This document shows, one piece after another, positions 48,361-57,912 of a stretch of 64,000 nt of DNA. The DNA is from a virus (Duplodnaviria; Caudoviricetes), in the IMG/VR virus record IMGVR_UViG_3300031992_000007, positions 32,001 through 96,000 of that record. One strand, given 5' to 3'. The notes under the pieces were generated by a model. That model was not told the origin of the DNA. It saw only the letters and a list, made by a program, of their open reading frames with translations, and did not search any database. Position 1 is the first letter of the stretch. Each line of letters starts with the position of its first letter. The position numbers and the translations under genes were made by a program.

Positions 48361-49191
48361 TTATTCCCGCTTGACTTTCTTCTTGGGATGGATCCCAGTT
48401 AGGTCAAGAAGTCCCGAAAACAGGGAGGGTTTGTCTATCCGTAAGGGTGCGGTATCTAAAGCGCGTTGTAGCAGCTGAACCTGCCCTTGCAGTATCGACT
48501 CAACCTCCCCGAAATGATCTAGATCTAGTGAAGGTTCTGAACGATGAACTCTGACTACTTTGACCAAGTTGACGAACCATGCAAGGTAGCTTATCGTCGA
48601 TAGAAGGTCATCGTTAGTCAATGTCCCAATGGTGAACAAAGCATGGATCTCGTTGGACAGCCAAGAAGCGTAGAGCATCGGCGCGCTCGCAACGAACTCC
48701 ACAACAGCGTTCGTGTTGACCTTGTATTCAATATGTCTCTGGTAGAAAGCCAGGCAGTCATACAGACACATCTTTACAGATGGTAGTTTGGGTTGCGCCA
48801 ACAGAGTCAGCGCCAGCGTCATGTACGACCTTCTGACTCCATTGATCCCAACCAAGTCTGTTACTAGCCATTTCGGATCCCTCAAGAAATCCAACAGCAA
48901 GTTCCACCGAGGTGCCCTGTTGCATGGATCTGTGAAGTCCAGCAACTTCTCGAACACCTCGGTTCGTCTTTCATCGAACAAATGCGACTCTGCTGTGGAT
49001 GTCACAGGGTCACACCCTAGTAATAAATATCTGAAGTACGCGTGGACTATTCGAAGATCCGCATCTTTTACCTTCGGGCCTAACAAACTCACCAGGCTAG
49101 CGAAGACATGCAGATGCTCGTCTGCCGAAGGACGCGCACATGTGCTCGGTCTAATGAACCATGTGTTCGTCCGTTCGGCTAGTTTAGTCAT
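48361..49191 (-). CDS. hypothetical protein
   Basis: Starts MTKLAERTN 1 bp after the gyrB stop; GGAGG SD inside the gyrB 3' end. Confidence 0.65.
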   Translation of the reverse strand: MTKLAERTNTWFIRPSTCARPSADEHLHVFASLVSLLGPKVKDADLRIVHAYFRYLLLGCDPVTSTAESHLFDERRTEVFEKLLDFTDPCNRAPRWNLLLDFLRDPKWLVTDLVGINGVRRSYMTLALTLLAQPKLPSVKMCLYDCLAFYQRHIEYKVNTNAVVEFVASAPMLYASWLSNEIHALFTIGTLTNDDLLSTISYLAWFVNLVKVVRVHRSEPSLDLDHFGEVESILQGQVQLLQRALDTAPLRIDKPSLFSGLLDLTGIHPKKKVKRE

Positions 49192-49192
49192 C

Positions 49193-51709
49193 TTAGTCCT
49201 CCAGATAACCTCTGTTGATGAGTTTCTTGCGTGCCGAGGTATCGACACCCAACATCTCGTAGATCTTGTCCACATCACCGATAGATCTGATCGTAACGAA
49301 CGATCTCTCCTTCGGATCGACGCACGTTTTCGTAATAGCTTCAGCACTCATCTCGCCAAGACCTTTGAACCGTCTAACAGTGAAGAGGCGGTTAAGATCC
49401 TGGAAGACTCGGAAGAGCATCGCGAACGTGCACGGCGTTCCTTTGTAGAGCTCACTGTACTTAGTCGAGATGTACAGGTTGATCTGATCCCAGTGACCGA
49501 TTTCGTACTTGGGCAGGATGACGTGCTTCAAAGTGTACTGAAGTCTTGGTAACGGAATTCGATGTTCGATCTCCTGCTGGTCAACAAGAACAAGAACATT
49601 GTCCTCCTTCATCCAGATCGCATCGTTGAGCAACAACCTCTTCACGATCTCTTTCGTGTTGATGTTGTTCTCATCGAGGCAGTCGATGACATGGAGAAGC
49701 TGCTCCAGTTCCTGGTACGGGATATTCAGAAGCTCAGCCTGCTGAACCAAGGTATTGCCGATCTCCTCAACCAACATACACAGATCACGGAAAGCATCGT
49801 GATGTTTGCTAACCGAGATGGTGTTGTTGAGATGGACCCACTTGCCTTCGTTGTTCTTAGCACGAACTTCCATATCAATGTCAAGCAGCGCCTTGTACAC
49901 AGTGATGCGAGAATCTCTAAGCGCAGCTTCATCACGAAGATAGACTGCGCCCAGTCGTTTATCGATGAACGAATACAGCGGCGGAGTCGTAACGATAACT
50001 CTACCTTCTTCAATGATGCGCTTGTTGATCCTGTATATGATGCCCAGCAGTAGAGCAACTATGTGATAGCCGTCAGGGTCGGCATCGGTCATGATCACGA
50101 TCCTAGCGAACCTCATGTTAGAAAGATCTGTATCAGAAGGCGTCACACACAAGATCTGCTGAAGATCGCAGAAGATGGCATTCGCATCGAGCTTCTTCTT
50201 GTCACTGCGGATGGCGTTCAAAGGTTTACCAGACAACTTGAGAACTGCCTGGGTATTCTCATCACGCTCAGTCTCTACACGACCCGCAGCAGAATCTCCC
50301 TCAGTGATGATAAGTTCAGTTATGCGGTTGTCTTGAGACTTGCAGTTACGGAAAGAATCTTTACGACGCAGATCATACGTCATGTTCTTGAGATTCTTAG
50401 CTATACCAAGAGAACGTTTGGAGAACTTGGCGTACTCCTGAGTGAAGTGCTCCTGAATCAGTTCCCACAACCTGTCCCACATACCTTCACCATTGGTGTC
50501 AGTAAGCTTCTTCAGGTATCTGCGGAGATACTGTCTGTAACACTCGGAGAACTGTCGGTTTTCGAACCTGGACTTATCCTGACCGATGAACTCAGCTCCA
50601 ACCCATGTCACAAATACCGTGCCAGAGAAAGGAACTTTGTATCTGGACTCTAAGAAAGCCTTGGCGTCTGGATCCTCAACGTTGTCGTCAAGGAAATCCT
50701 TCAAAACCGTCTGAAGCATCGCGATGTGAGAAGACTCTGGATGGTTGATCGGAGTGTAGTTAACAGCACCAATTATTCCATTCTCACCTTTCAAAGACCT
50801 GTCATCTATGAAGATGTCGATGTCTATCCCAAGTGGATCGTCATTGTCTTCATCTGGTTCTTTAACGATCTTTGGAAGCTCCCAAATAGGTTGACCAAGA
50901 CCAAACTTCTTGATGAGATAGTCCCTGCGAGAAATGGCAGGATCAGTTTCATACACAACAGTTGTCTTGAAGTTTGTTAGGTCGGTCAGATACTTCCACA
51001 GTTCATACGGATCCTTGTTTAGATCTTTCTTACTGAGTAGACCTTCTACAGTACGAATCGTGAGTTTTACATTTCCCCTGAACAGAGATGTCATCTCCAT
51101 CCTAGAAACGTGTTTCTCGAATCCGTTCATGTCTCCGACTACAGCAGGTTTCCCAAACATCTCAGAGATGGCCGCGAACATGTCTGGATCTGGCTGAAGT
51201 AGAACCGTTGTGCCTACAGACTCGTCTGACTTATCTGCAGGTTTCTTGAACGTTTGACTGTCTTGAATCTCACCTCTCGACATCTTTAGATAGCCAAAGC
51301 CATCTTTACGATTGGTGAAAGCAATGAACAATATAGAGAATGCTGCAGCTGCTTTAGAACCAACGCCGTTCGTTCCCGAGCTCGCGCCTCCATACGTTCC
51401 CTTGTACTTACCACTCGTAAACTCGCGAGTGAAGCAGCTCTCTAACTTCCCTACAGGTATCCCGCGTCCATGATCTCGAATGAGACACTGATACGTAGAC
51501 TTATCTTTCGCAACAAAGAACGTTATATCTACCGGATAGATCTTTGTTTTATCCAAAGCTTCATCGGCAGCATTGTCGTAGACCTCTTTGATCTGAATGA
51601 GTGGGCCTTCAATGTTTGCAATAGGAAATCCCCACATTGATGGGCGCAATCTCATTTGAGCGCACATGCTCAACGTTGTGATGTTGTCATCGTTGTAGCT
51701 TGAACTCAT
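49193..51709 (-). CDS. gyrB: type IIA topoisomerase subunit B (GyrB/ParE-like)
   Basis: EVYDNAADE, DHGRGIP, GTNGVG (GHKL ATPase); TEGDSA, LSGKPLN, MTDADPDG (Toprim); RFKGLGEM. Confidence 0.92.
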   Translation of the reverse strand: MSSSYNDDNITTLSMCAQMRLRPSMWGFPIANIEGPLIQIKEVYDNAADEALDKTKIYPVDITFFVAKDKSTYQCLIRDHGRGIPVGKLESCFTREFTSGKYKGTYGGASSGTNGVGSKAAAAFSILFIAFTNRKDGFGYLKMSRGEIQDSQTFKKPADKSDESVGTTVLLQPDPDMFAAISEMFGKPAVVGDMNGFEKHVSRMEMTSLFRGNVKLTIRTVEGLLSKKDLNKDPYELWKYLTDLTNFKTTVVYETDPAISRRDYLIKKFGLGQPIWELPKIVKEPDEDNDDPLGIDIDIFIDDRSLKGENGIIGAVNYTPINHPESSHIAMLQTVLKDFLDDNVEDPDAKAFLESRYKVPFSGTVFVTWVGAEFIGQDKSRFENRQFSECYRQYLRRYLKKLTDTNGEGMWDRLWELIQEHFTQEYAKFSKRSLGIAKNLKNMTYDLRRKDSFRNCKSQDNRITELIITEGDSAAGRVETERDENTQAVLKLSGKPLNAIRSDKKKLDANAIFCDLQQILCVTPSDTDLSNMRFARIVIMTDADPDGYHIVALLLGIIYRINKRIIEEGRVIVTTPPLYSFIDKRLGAVYLRDEAALRDSRITVYKALLDIDMEVRAKNNEGKWVHLNNTISVSKHHDAFRDLCMLVEEIGNTLVQQAELLNIPYQELEQLLHVIDCLDENNINTKEIVKRLLLNDAIWMKEDNVLVLVDQQEIEHRIPLPRLQYTLKHVILPKYEIGHWDQINLYISTKYSELYKGTPCTFAMLFRVFQDLNRLFTVRRFKGLGEMSAEAITKTCVDPKERSFVTIRSIGDVDKIYEMLGVDTSARKKLINRGYLED

Positions 51710-51752
51710 TGATCCCTCCTATTAAGGTTGCTATAAGACCTTGAACATTAAG

Positions 51753-51760
51753 GTAATATA
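51753..51760 (-). promoter_or_regulatory. early promoter motif TATATTAC
   Basis: Exact motif upstream of the gyrB-like gene. Confidence 0.75.
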
Positions 51761-51902
51761 TGCACACGTGTTAGACGAGAAGTGGGTCTTCAAGCCTAAA
51801 GAAAAGATGCATAACTTAGTACAAATTTATAGAAAAATATAAAAAAGAAACCCCGAGGATCAGACGGGGAAAGAACCACCTTTCGGCAGTTCTTATTTTT
51901 GG

Positions 51903-52097
51903 CTAGCGCAACTTGATCAGCAGCGCCTTCACCCATTCAGTAAGGTGTTGCATACCGAGATCGTAATAGAGAGAACCCTTGGGGGTTCCGTCCAAACACA
52001 TCACGGTTACAACAAGCCAGTAGCCAATGTACAACATCGCGATGAGCGCGATGCATCCAATGACATTCGAAATGATCTCTTTGGTCTCTTGCTTCAT
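51903..52097 (-). CDS. small membrane protein
   Basis: 64 aa with a TM segment; AAGGAG SD; own TACATTAC motif at 52138-52145. Confidence 0.7.
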   Translation of the reverse strand: MKQETKEIISNVIGCIALIAMLYIGYWLVVTVMCLDGTPKGSLYYDLGMQHLTEWVKALLIKLR

Positions 52098-52303
52098 TTA
52101 GTTCTCCTTGAGAGGGTTAATTGTTTTAGACACATGAGTAATGTATAAATGAGCAGAAATGAATGACATTGTTTCTCTATTTTTTGTGTTGGTCGAGGAA
52201 ATAAAAAGAAAGGGTGATCACGTATGACAGGCGCGTCACCCTCTCCCTTCTCAGAATAATACCACTATGTACGGAGTAATTCTCAAATGAGTACCTTCAG
52301 TAA

Positions 52304-52465
52304 CTAGAAGAATATACGGATCAGAATGGCTACTGTTATCCGGTACAATCCTTCCAGTATGTACGTGAGTCTTGGGTAAACCTTGAGCTCACGTATTTTG
52401 GCGAGACCTGCCAACGGAGTCAGAACAACCATCAGCAAGAATGCCACAATACTAGAGATATCCAT
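52304..52465 (-). CDS. small hydrophobic protein
   Basis: 53 aa, AGGAGG SD; own TACATTAC motif at 52539-52546. Confidence 0.55.
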   Translation of the reverse strand: MDISSIVAFLLMVVLTPLAGLAKIRELKVYPRLTYILEGLYRITVAILIRIFF

Positions 52466-52598
52466 AAGGGAATCCTCCTTAGTGGTTATGAACATCGGAC
52501 TATGATCACCCGGTCATTGTCTTTGTTCTTACACCAAGGTAATGTATATCTGAGTAGAATCGATTGACACTCTTTCTGTAAAAAAGAAAGAACCTTAG

Positions 52599-52626
52599 CC
52601 TACCCCCACCATCAGGTGGGGGTAGG
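52599..52626 (-). terminator. intrinsic terminator
   Basis: CCTACCCCCACC-atca-GGTGGGGGTAGG plus a T tract on the minus strand. Confidence 0.8.
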
Positions 52627-52636
52627 TTGGGGAACT

Positions 52637-53116
52637 TTACTTTCTGTCGAACAAGGCTAGCTCTCTGGTTCGTCTAGCAACCAAACCATTGCTAACTTTA
52701 CCACCAGATAACCTGAACTCTGCCCATTCTTTCTTGGCCTGTTCATAGTTGCCAGCTACCAGACATTTGAACGTCATCGACTTGGAGAACTTAGTCCTTC
52801 CCAGGTTGTACAGCAAACTAGTCACTGCAGCCAACTGGTTGTTGTTGAGGTTCGGGCATTTGAACTTCAGCCAACGCATCTCCAACTCAACCCTCTTCTT
52901 AAGGATCGCTTTGGCTTCATCCTTAGTAACCTTACCCTTGGCAAGCACATCTTCATCTGTACACCCGTATCCGATGGTACGCTGACCACCCGGGCAGATG
53001 TACGGCGTAGCGACGAAGTTCTCCTCCGTTGCTATGAAGTTGACTGCCTTGTCTACTACCGATGCCTCCAGAACAATGTTCATCAGGGACATAACTATCA
53101 CCACCACTTTCTTCAT
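52637..53116 (-). CDS. GH24 (T4/P1-type) lysozyme with N-terminal signal/SAR-like sequence
   Basis: E-x8-C-x5-T triad (E-NFVATPYI-C-PGGQR-T-IGYG), SLLYNLG, GLVARRTRELALF; MKKVVVIVMSLMNIVLEA leader. Confidence 0.88.
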   Translation of the reverse strand: MKKVVVIVMSLMNIVLEASVVDKAVNFIATEENFVATPYICPGGQRTIGYGCTDEDVLAKGKVTKDEAKAILKKRVELEMRWLKFKCPNLNNNQLAAVTSLLYNLGRTKFSKSMTFKCLVAGNYEQAKKEWAEFRLSGGKVSNGLVARRTRELALFDRK

Positions 53117-53159
53117 TTGGTTTCCTTTCCGTTTAGAGTTTAATGGTTTAGACATTGGT

Positions 53160-53167
53160 GTAATATA
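53160..53167 (-). promoter_or_regulatory. early promoter motif TATATTAC
   Basis: Exact motif upstream of the lysozyme. Confidence 0.75.
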
Positions 53168-53282
53168 TGCTTGTCTAGATACCATTAACACTCCACAGCG
53201 GAGCAAAATATAGAACAGCACTCACCCAGGTACGGCCGACCTAGCCGTACCCGAGTAAGTGATGCCTTCTTTTGGTTAGAAA

Positions 53283-53440
53283 GAAATTCTCATGAGGCGA
53301 CAGTAGAACTGACGATGGTGTTGAATCGGTAGTTGTTCGCATAACACCCTAGACTAGCCATCATCAGAGGCCGTTCTACTGGAACTAACCCAAGTCAGAT
53401 AAACACGGCAAATTACCTTGCTTGAGCGAGCCTCGTTTTC
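53283..53440 (-). ncRNA. candidate small structured RNA
   Basis: Nested pairings GAGGC/GCCTC, CAGTAGAAC/GTTCTACTG, CTGATGATGG/CCATCGTCAG; TATG at the 5' end; hairpin downstream at ~53221-53261; strand inferred. Confidence 0.5.
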
Positions 53441-53490
53441 ATATAATATGTGCTGTGGTATTTGTATTTTAATACTCAAAAGGAGTTAAA

Positions 53491-54021
53491 ATGGCTAACA
53501 GTAGCGAATTGGATCAAGCTTTCAAAGAACTGGAAGAAGACTTTGGATTTTCCAAAGAAGCGCGCCGTGAAGTAATTCGCAACCTTCGTTCTCAGGCAGC
53601 GAGTGTCAAGATCAGCGAGTATGATAAGGCCACTACCATCATGGCCAAGATGTCTATCGTCAAGACATTCGATGACCTTCTCAAGAGCGATAGCGACTTG
53701 ACTCTGCAGAAGCTAAAGATGAAGCTTGCTCGCAAAGACTCTGAGACCAACGGGCTAGTAGGTCAGACAATTGCTTCTATGCTCAAGAGCATTCGTGTCA
53801 GTGATACTCTCAATGCACAGGCTAAGGTTGATCCTACAGAAGGTGCGATGGATGCTATCAAGCAAAGAGCTGAAGAACTCCTCAAGTCTGGAGACAAGAA
53901 AACAGCTAAAGCTCTTACTGTCACGGAAGGTGAAACAACTGACTGTGGTGGTGCTGGTCCAACGACATCTACTCCAGTCGCTAAGCTCAAACCTCTCAAG
54001 ATGGAAACTGAAGAAGAATAA
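53491..54021 (+). CDS. hypothetical protein
   Basis: 176 aa, AGGAG SD, TATG at 53447-53450 upstream. Confidence 0.75.
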   Translation: MANSSELDQAFKELEEDFGFSKEARREVIRNLRSQAASVKISEYDKATTIMAKMSIVKTFDDLLKSDSDLTLQKLKMKLARKDSETNGLVGQTIASMLKSIRVSDTLNAQAKVDPTEGAMDAIKQRAEELLKSGDKKTAKALTVTEGETTDCGGAGPTTSTPVAKLKPLKMETEEE

Positions 54022-54032
54022 AAAGAGAACTC

Positions 54033-54062
54033 AGCTTACGGCCCCGATGAGGGCCGTAAGCT
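54033..54062. terminator. bidirectional terminator
   Basis: AGCTTACGGCCC-cgatga-GGGCCGTAAGCT between convergent genes. Confidence 0.8.
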
Positions 54063-54079
54063 AGGGATTATTTTTCGAG

Positions 54080-54913
54080 TTACTTACGCTTCTGAGCGAG
54101 ACGTTTCTCGATACCGACACGAAGGTTCTCGATAGCTGTCATGACAGCAGGACTGTCAATGATCTTAGCGAGACGATCGTTCATGAACGCGATGTGGTCG
54201 GATGCACCGGTAGCAGCCTCTACCAACTGGATCATTGCTCCAGTGAAGATATCCATCTTGTCGATCACCGCCGGGTTACCGAGAGAGTAGTCAAGACGGA
54301 AAATAGAACTGTCCGTATAGATCTTGCCCCAACCTTCCATCAACTCGTTGAAGAAGATCATGACCAGATCCTTGCCGACCTGAGTGTTCTTGAGCTTGTA
54401 CGGACAAGTCTGCTGAACAATAGCTGCCAACATCTTGGCACGCTTGGAGTGTTCATACCTATCCGTAGTCTTGACCGACATAGCTGTCTTGTATTCCTTG
54501 AACATCTCAAGGAGTTTGAGACCAGCCGGAGTGTGGAGTTGTGCTTGACTCATAACGCATCTTTGCATGGGAGAAATCTTCGTCGGAAGAAGATCCTCAG
54601 CCATCACCTTTCTTGCTGGGAGTTTGATCTGTTTGATTTCGATCGCAGAAGGCGTCGGACCATCGGGAGGTGCACTAGGCTGCTCCTCAACAGCAGGAAC
54701 TTCCTCCGCAGGAGCTTCCGCTTCTTTAGCAGGAGTGGTTTCCTCTTTGTTTTCCATCGCCTGAGCGAACACATCTTCCAGAGAGGTCTCTTCACCCTCG
54801 ACAGGGGAAGTCTCTTCCGGTTCAGTCACAGTTCCAGTGTCGGGTTGAGATGGAGTCATCACGACACCCGGAGCATTTTGTCTGTTCTTGTTACGGTTCT
54901 TGTTCTTACTCAT
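54080..54913 (-). CDS. hypothetical protein, probably virion-associated
   Basis: Acidic Pro/Glu-rich N-terminus with an SLE motif; directly downstream of the vRNAP subunit. Confidence 0.65.
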   Translation of the reverse strand: MSKNKNRNKNRQNAPGVVMTPSQPDTGTVTEPEETSPVEGEETSLEDVFAQAMENKEETTPAKEAEAPAEEVPAVEEQPSAPPDGPTPSAIEIKQIKLPARKVMAEDLLPTKISPMQRCVMSQAQLHTPAGLKLLEMFKEYKTAMSVKTTDRYEHSKRAKMLAAIVQQTCPYKLKNTQVGKDLVMIFFNELMEGWGKIYTDSSIFRLDYSLGNPAVIDKMDIFTGAMIQLVEAATGASDHIAFMNDRLAKIIDSPAVMTAIENLRVGIEKRLAQKRK

Positions 54914-54951
54914 TTCAACCTCGTCTTTCTGGAATTGCAACCATAAAGATA

Positions 54952-56382
54952 TCACAGAAAAATATCTTCCAGTTTAGGTTGCACTACCTGGAGTACAGTT
55001 CCATGCATGGACTTCATAGCAGTCTGCATGAACTTGGATGTGATGTTGACTACCTGTACGCCGATGATGTTGCCATAGAATTCCTTGGTCTTGAGACCAC
55101 AGCACTTAAAGCACAGGTCACCCTTGCATTGACAAGTCAACGGTGAATACATGTCAACGACTTTGCCATCGTATTTCGCCATGTTGTCTTCTGTTATAAC
55201 AATGTCAGAAGAACCTACACGAATAGTCCGACCAATAAAGTCTTTGATGCGACACTGCTTAGCGAAGTCAACCTTGATGGTCTTCTTCGTACCACAGTCA
55301 TCAATACTGACAGTAAGATCCTGGAACACACGGACAACGAGTTTAGTTTCTGCACCGCCTTTAGCGGTTTCCATACCACGGTCGTACGATCCCTTACGAG
55401 TTTCGTTAGCACGGGAAGGAAGATCCTTGATAGTCCAGCCTTCATCCAGGGAGTTGGCGATGAAGTCATACTTGCCAGTAGACTCATCGAACGCCGGAAC
55501 ACCACCTGTCGTGAGAAGAAGTTTCTTACGATGCAGATTGTAGGACTTCTTACCAAGACCATCGAAGAACAGAACAGAAGCATCCTCGTGATCAGTTCCC
55601 TGACCAAGCCACTCCTTGTCCAGTTTGATCAGTTCATCCTCAAGCTGTTTAACAACAAGTGGATCTGTCATCTGGTCCTTGTGTTCTGCGATGAACTTCT
55701 TCTTGAACTCCTTCACCTTGGGGTTGGTGACCAAAGACCTTTCAGTAAGCGAAGGAACAGAGATCTCCGTGATGTGGTTCAGGAAGAAGAAATTATTGTC
55801 GAACGACTCATACTCGTCAACCGTGATCTTCTTGTTGATCAGAAGGTTGGTCATCCTGTCGATCATCGTCGCAGGAGTCATCATCTCGTTGTAGTACGGG
55901 AGGGACTTGAAGTTGGTCGGGTATTGGAAACAGAACATGTTTTCCAACCACCTTCCCAAAGTCGTTGCGTACAGAGGCATCCCGTCTTTGTCCTTCAGAG
56001 GACCAGACTTGATGCTGTCTGTCATCGGGTTAACCCCAAGGTACTCCTTGAATAACGCGGGGTTAAAGGCCAACACATCGAATCTGTGGAAGATGGGGTT
56101 CTTACCGTCACTGAGTACTGCAACCTGGACTACTCCAGATTTGTTCTCCAAGACGATACCAACATGATGTTCGCCAACTCCGATAACAATGCCTTCTTTA
56201 ATCTCGGTCAAGTTACCTGTATGGTCTTCAACAGTCGACCCTACCTTGGGGTTCTCTGCCTCAACTTTGACATCAAATCCGTTCGTAACAGTGCAGGCAT
56301 CAAGCAACCAAGCCCTCGTCATGAGAGCTCTGCTTCTCGTCGCTGCCAAAATAGCCCTGACCTGTAGATCATTGAGCAACAT
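54952..56382 (-). CDS. virion RNA polymerase beta' C-terminal subunit (phiKZ gp80-like)
   Basis: RKGSYDRGMETAKGG (bridge helix), DDCGT, SPLTC..CFKCCG Zn site, TAMKSMH (trigger loop). Confidence 0.85.
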   Translation of the reverse strand: MLLNDLQVRAILAATRSRALMTRAWLLDACTVTNGFDVKVEAENPKVGSTVEDHTGNLTEIKEGIVIGVGEHHVGIVLENKSGVVQVAVLSDGKNPIFHRFDVLAFNPALFKEYLGVNPMTDSIKSGPLKDKDGMPLYATTLGRWLENMFCFQYPTNFKSLPYYNEMMTPATMIDRMTNLLINKKITVDEYESFDNNFFFLNHITEISVPSLTERSLVTNPKVKEFKKKFIAEHKDQMTDPLVVKQLEDELIKLDKEWLGQGTDHEDASVLFFDGLGKKSYNLHRKKLLLTTGGVPAFDESTGKYDFIANSLDEGWTIKDLPSRANETRKGSYDRGMETAKGGAETKLVVRVFQDLTVSIDDCGTKKTIKVDFAKQCRIKDFIGRTIRVGSSDIVITEDNMAKYDGKVVDMYSPLTCQCKGDLCFKCCGLKTKEFYGNIIGVQVVNITSKFMQTAMKSMHGTVLQVVQPKLEDIFL

Positions 56383-57466
56383 TCGTCACCCCTCCTTCCT
56401 GTTTCAGGACTATGTTTGCTAGAGCATTATCCGTCTCTTCCCGGATGAACTCATAGTTCTTCCCGAGAAGATCACGAACTTTTTCAATAGCATCGATAAC
56501 CATCGCCTTCGCTGCAGAGTTGTTGATCCCGGCATCTACGAATAGTGTGGCCACCATGATGTCAACATCAAGTTCAGTCGGGCTTTGGGAAGCACTTATC
56601 TCCGGTCGTATCCAGTGCTCAAGACAATGCGTCCAGTTCGGCGTGAACTTACTGCGGATCTCATTCAACGTCTTGTTCTGGTCGGAACTCTTGGCACATT
56701 CGATAACATACTTGGTTCTACCAAGCTCTTTCTCGAAGTCAACCATCGCCCCACTAACAACCTGCTTCCTGTAAGCACTCATGTCCGCCATACTCTCCGT
56801 AGACGGCGCACTCTTGATAACGACACTGTACATCGTGGAAGCGATCTCTTCGATCATCCTCTTCCGACCGCCGAGATAAGCAACGAATTTGGTAGCTGCT
56901 TCCTGGTAGTCCTCCTCAACAGGATCAGGAGGCCCCATCCGATCGATCCTCTCGATCGTCCCAGTAACCCCCTCTACGAACGCCTCACTGCTAACCACTA
57001 TTCCGGGACGATCTTCCATCGTCCGTCCGATGTATTCCCAACCTTCGTCAAGAGGACACGCTCTGTTGCAAGCAAGAACAACCTGCTCTACGCAGTCAGT
57101 GTCCTCGCTGACGAACTCTCCGATCTCTTCCCTGAGCTCCTCACGATCCCTGAGGAAGTTATACAGTCTGTCCCAGTCGAATTTAGAGCGAAGGGTTAGC
57201 GCAAGGTGGACGAGGACAGGGTCAACACAGATCTGCGCTCGGTCAGCCTGGATGCTAACACCCCTGTCCTCGAGCTCTTCAACGATCTTGACGATCAGTC
57301 GGTTACGCAGCCACTGAGGGTCTACAACCAACTGATCTTCGACTTCCGTCAGGTACCGCTGCGTAACGACGTACTCCTCGATCTCGGCTGAGAGCTCTCG
57401 AGCTTTTGCGATGATCTCAGCCGAGTAAGTATCATCGACCGATAGATTCTCTTGAACCGAATTCAT
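56369..57466 (-). CDS. hypothetical protein, probably virion-associated
   Basis: 365 aa, AAGGAG SD, PSTES motif, overlaps the vRNAP subunit start. Confidence 0.7.
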   Translation of the reverse strand: MNSVQENLSVDDTYSAEIIAKARELSAEIEEYVVTQRYLTEVEDQLVVDPQWLRNRLIVKIVEELEDRGVSIQADRAQICVDPVLVHLALTLRSKFDWDRLYNFLRDREELREEIGEFVSEDTDCVEQVVLACNRACPLDEGWEYIGRTMEDRPGIVVSSEAFVEGVTGTIERIDRMGPPDPVEEDYQEAATKFVAYLGGRKRMIEEIASTMYSVVIKSAPSTESMADMSAYRKQVVSGAMVDFEKELGRTKYVIECAKSSDQNKTLNEIRSKFTPNWTHCLEHWIRPEISASQSPTELDVDIMVATLFVDAGINNSAAKAMVIDAIEKVRDLLGKNYEFIREETDNALANIVLKQEGGVTNVAQ

Positions 57467-57717
57467 GATAGTCTCCTTCGGAGAGAAGTTAAGTTTCTAA
57501 AAATCAGGTACAAAAAATAGTCTGCCAGTAGAGCTCCGCTCGTCTTTTAGAACTTAGCCCCGATCCCGTAGCTACGCTGTAAGCTATGCTAACGGATCGG
57601 GGCTTCGCCTTTCTTTCAATGATTCTTCTGCTGACGCAGAAAGTTTTGAAAAAGAAAGAAAACACACGAGCTGCCTCTGCGGCAGCTCGTTTTCGTACCT
57701 TTCTTTAAGTCTGTTAT

Positions 57718-57789
57718 GGTATGCCTTAAAGGTATGCCTTAATGGTTTGCCTTTCTTTGGTAATGAAAGCCTTAAAGGTTTGCCTTATT
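57718..57789. repeat. 13-bp iteron-like direct repeats GGTWTGCCTTWNN next to an AT-rich tract
   Basis: Copies at 57718, 57731, 57744 and 57777, plus a partial copy ending at 57776. Confidence 0.7.
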
Positions 57790-57912
57790 AGATATATAAA
57801 AATTTGGGCACATATGAATGTTACATTCCGTAAATAAAAAAATATACCTTTTCCTTCATTTTGACAGAAATTGATTTCGATACTTTTCTACACGACCATC
57901 CGCTATCATTAT

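Noticed and set aside
53355-53370. CTGATGA as a hammerhead ribozyme core
   Set aside because: No correctly placed GAAA and stem II/III; the motif is itself paired within the long stem.
54850-55146. Plus-strand ORF containing YADD (reverse transcriptase-like motif)
   Set aside because: 98 aa ORF antisense to the vRNAP subunit with no other RT motifs; coincidental. I identified no RT in this window.
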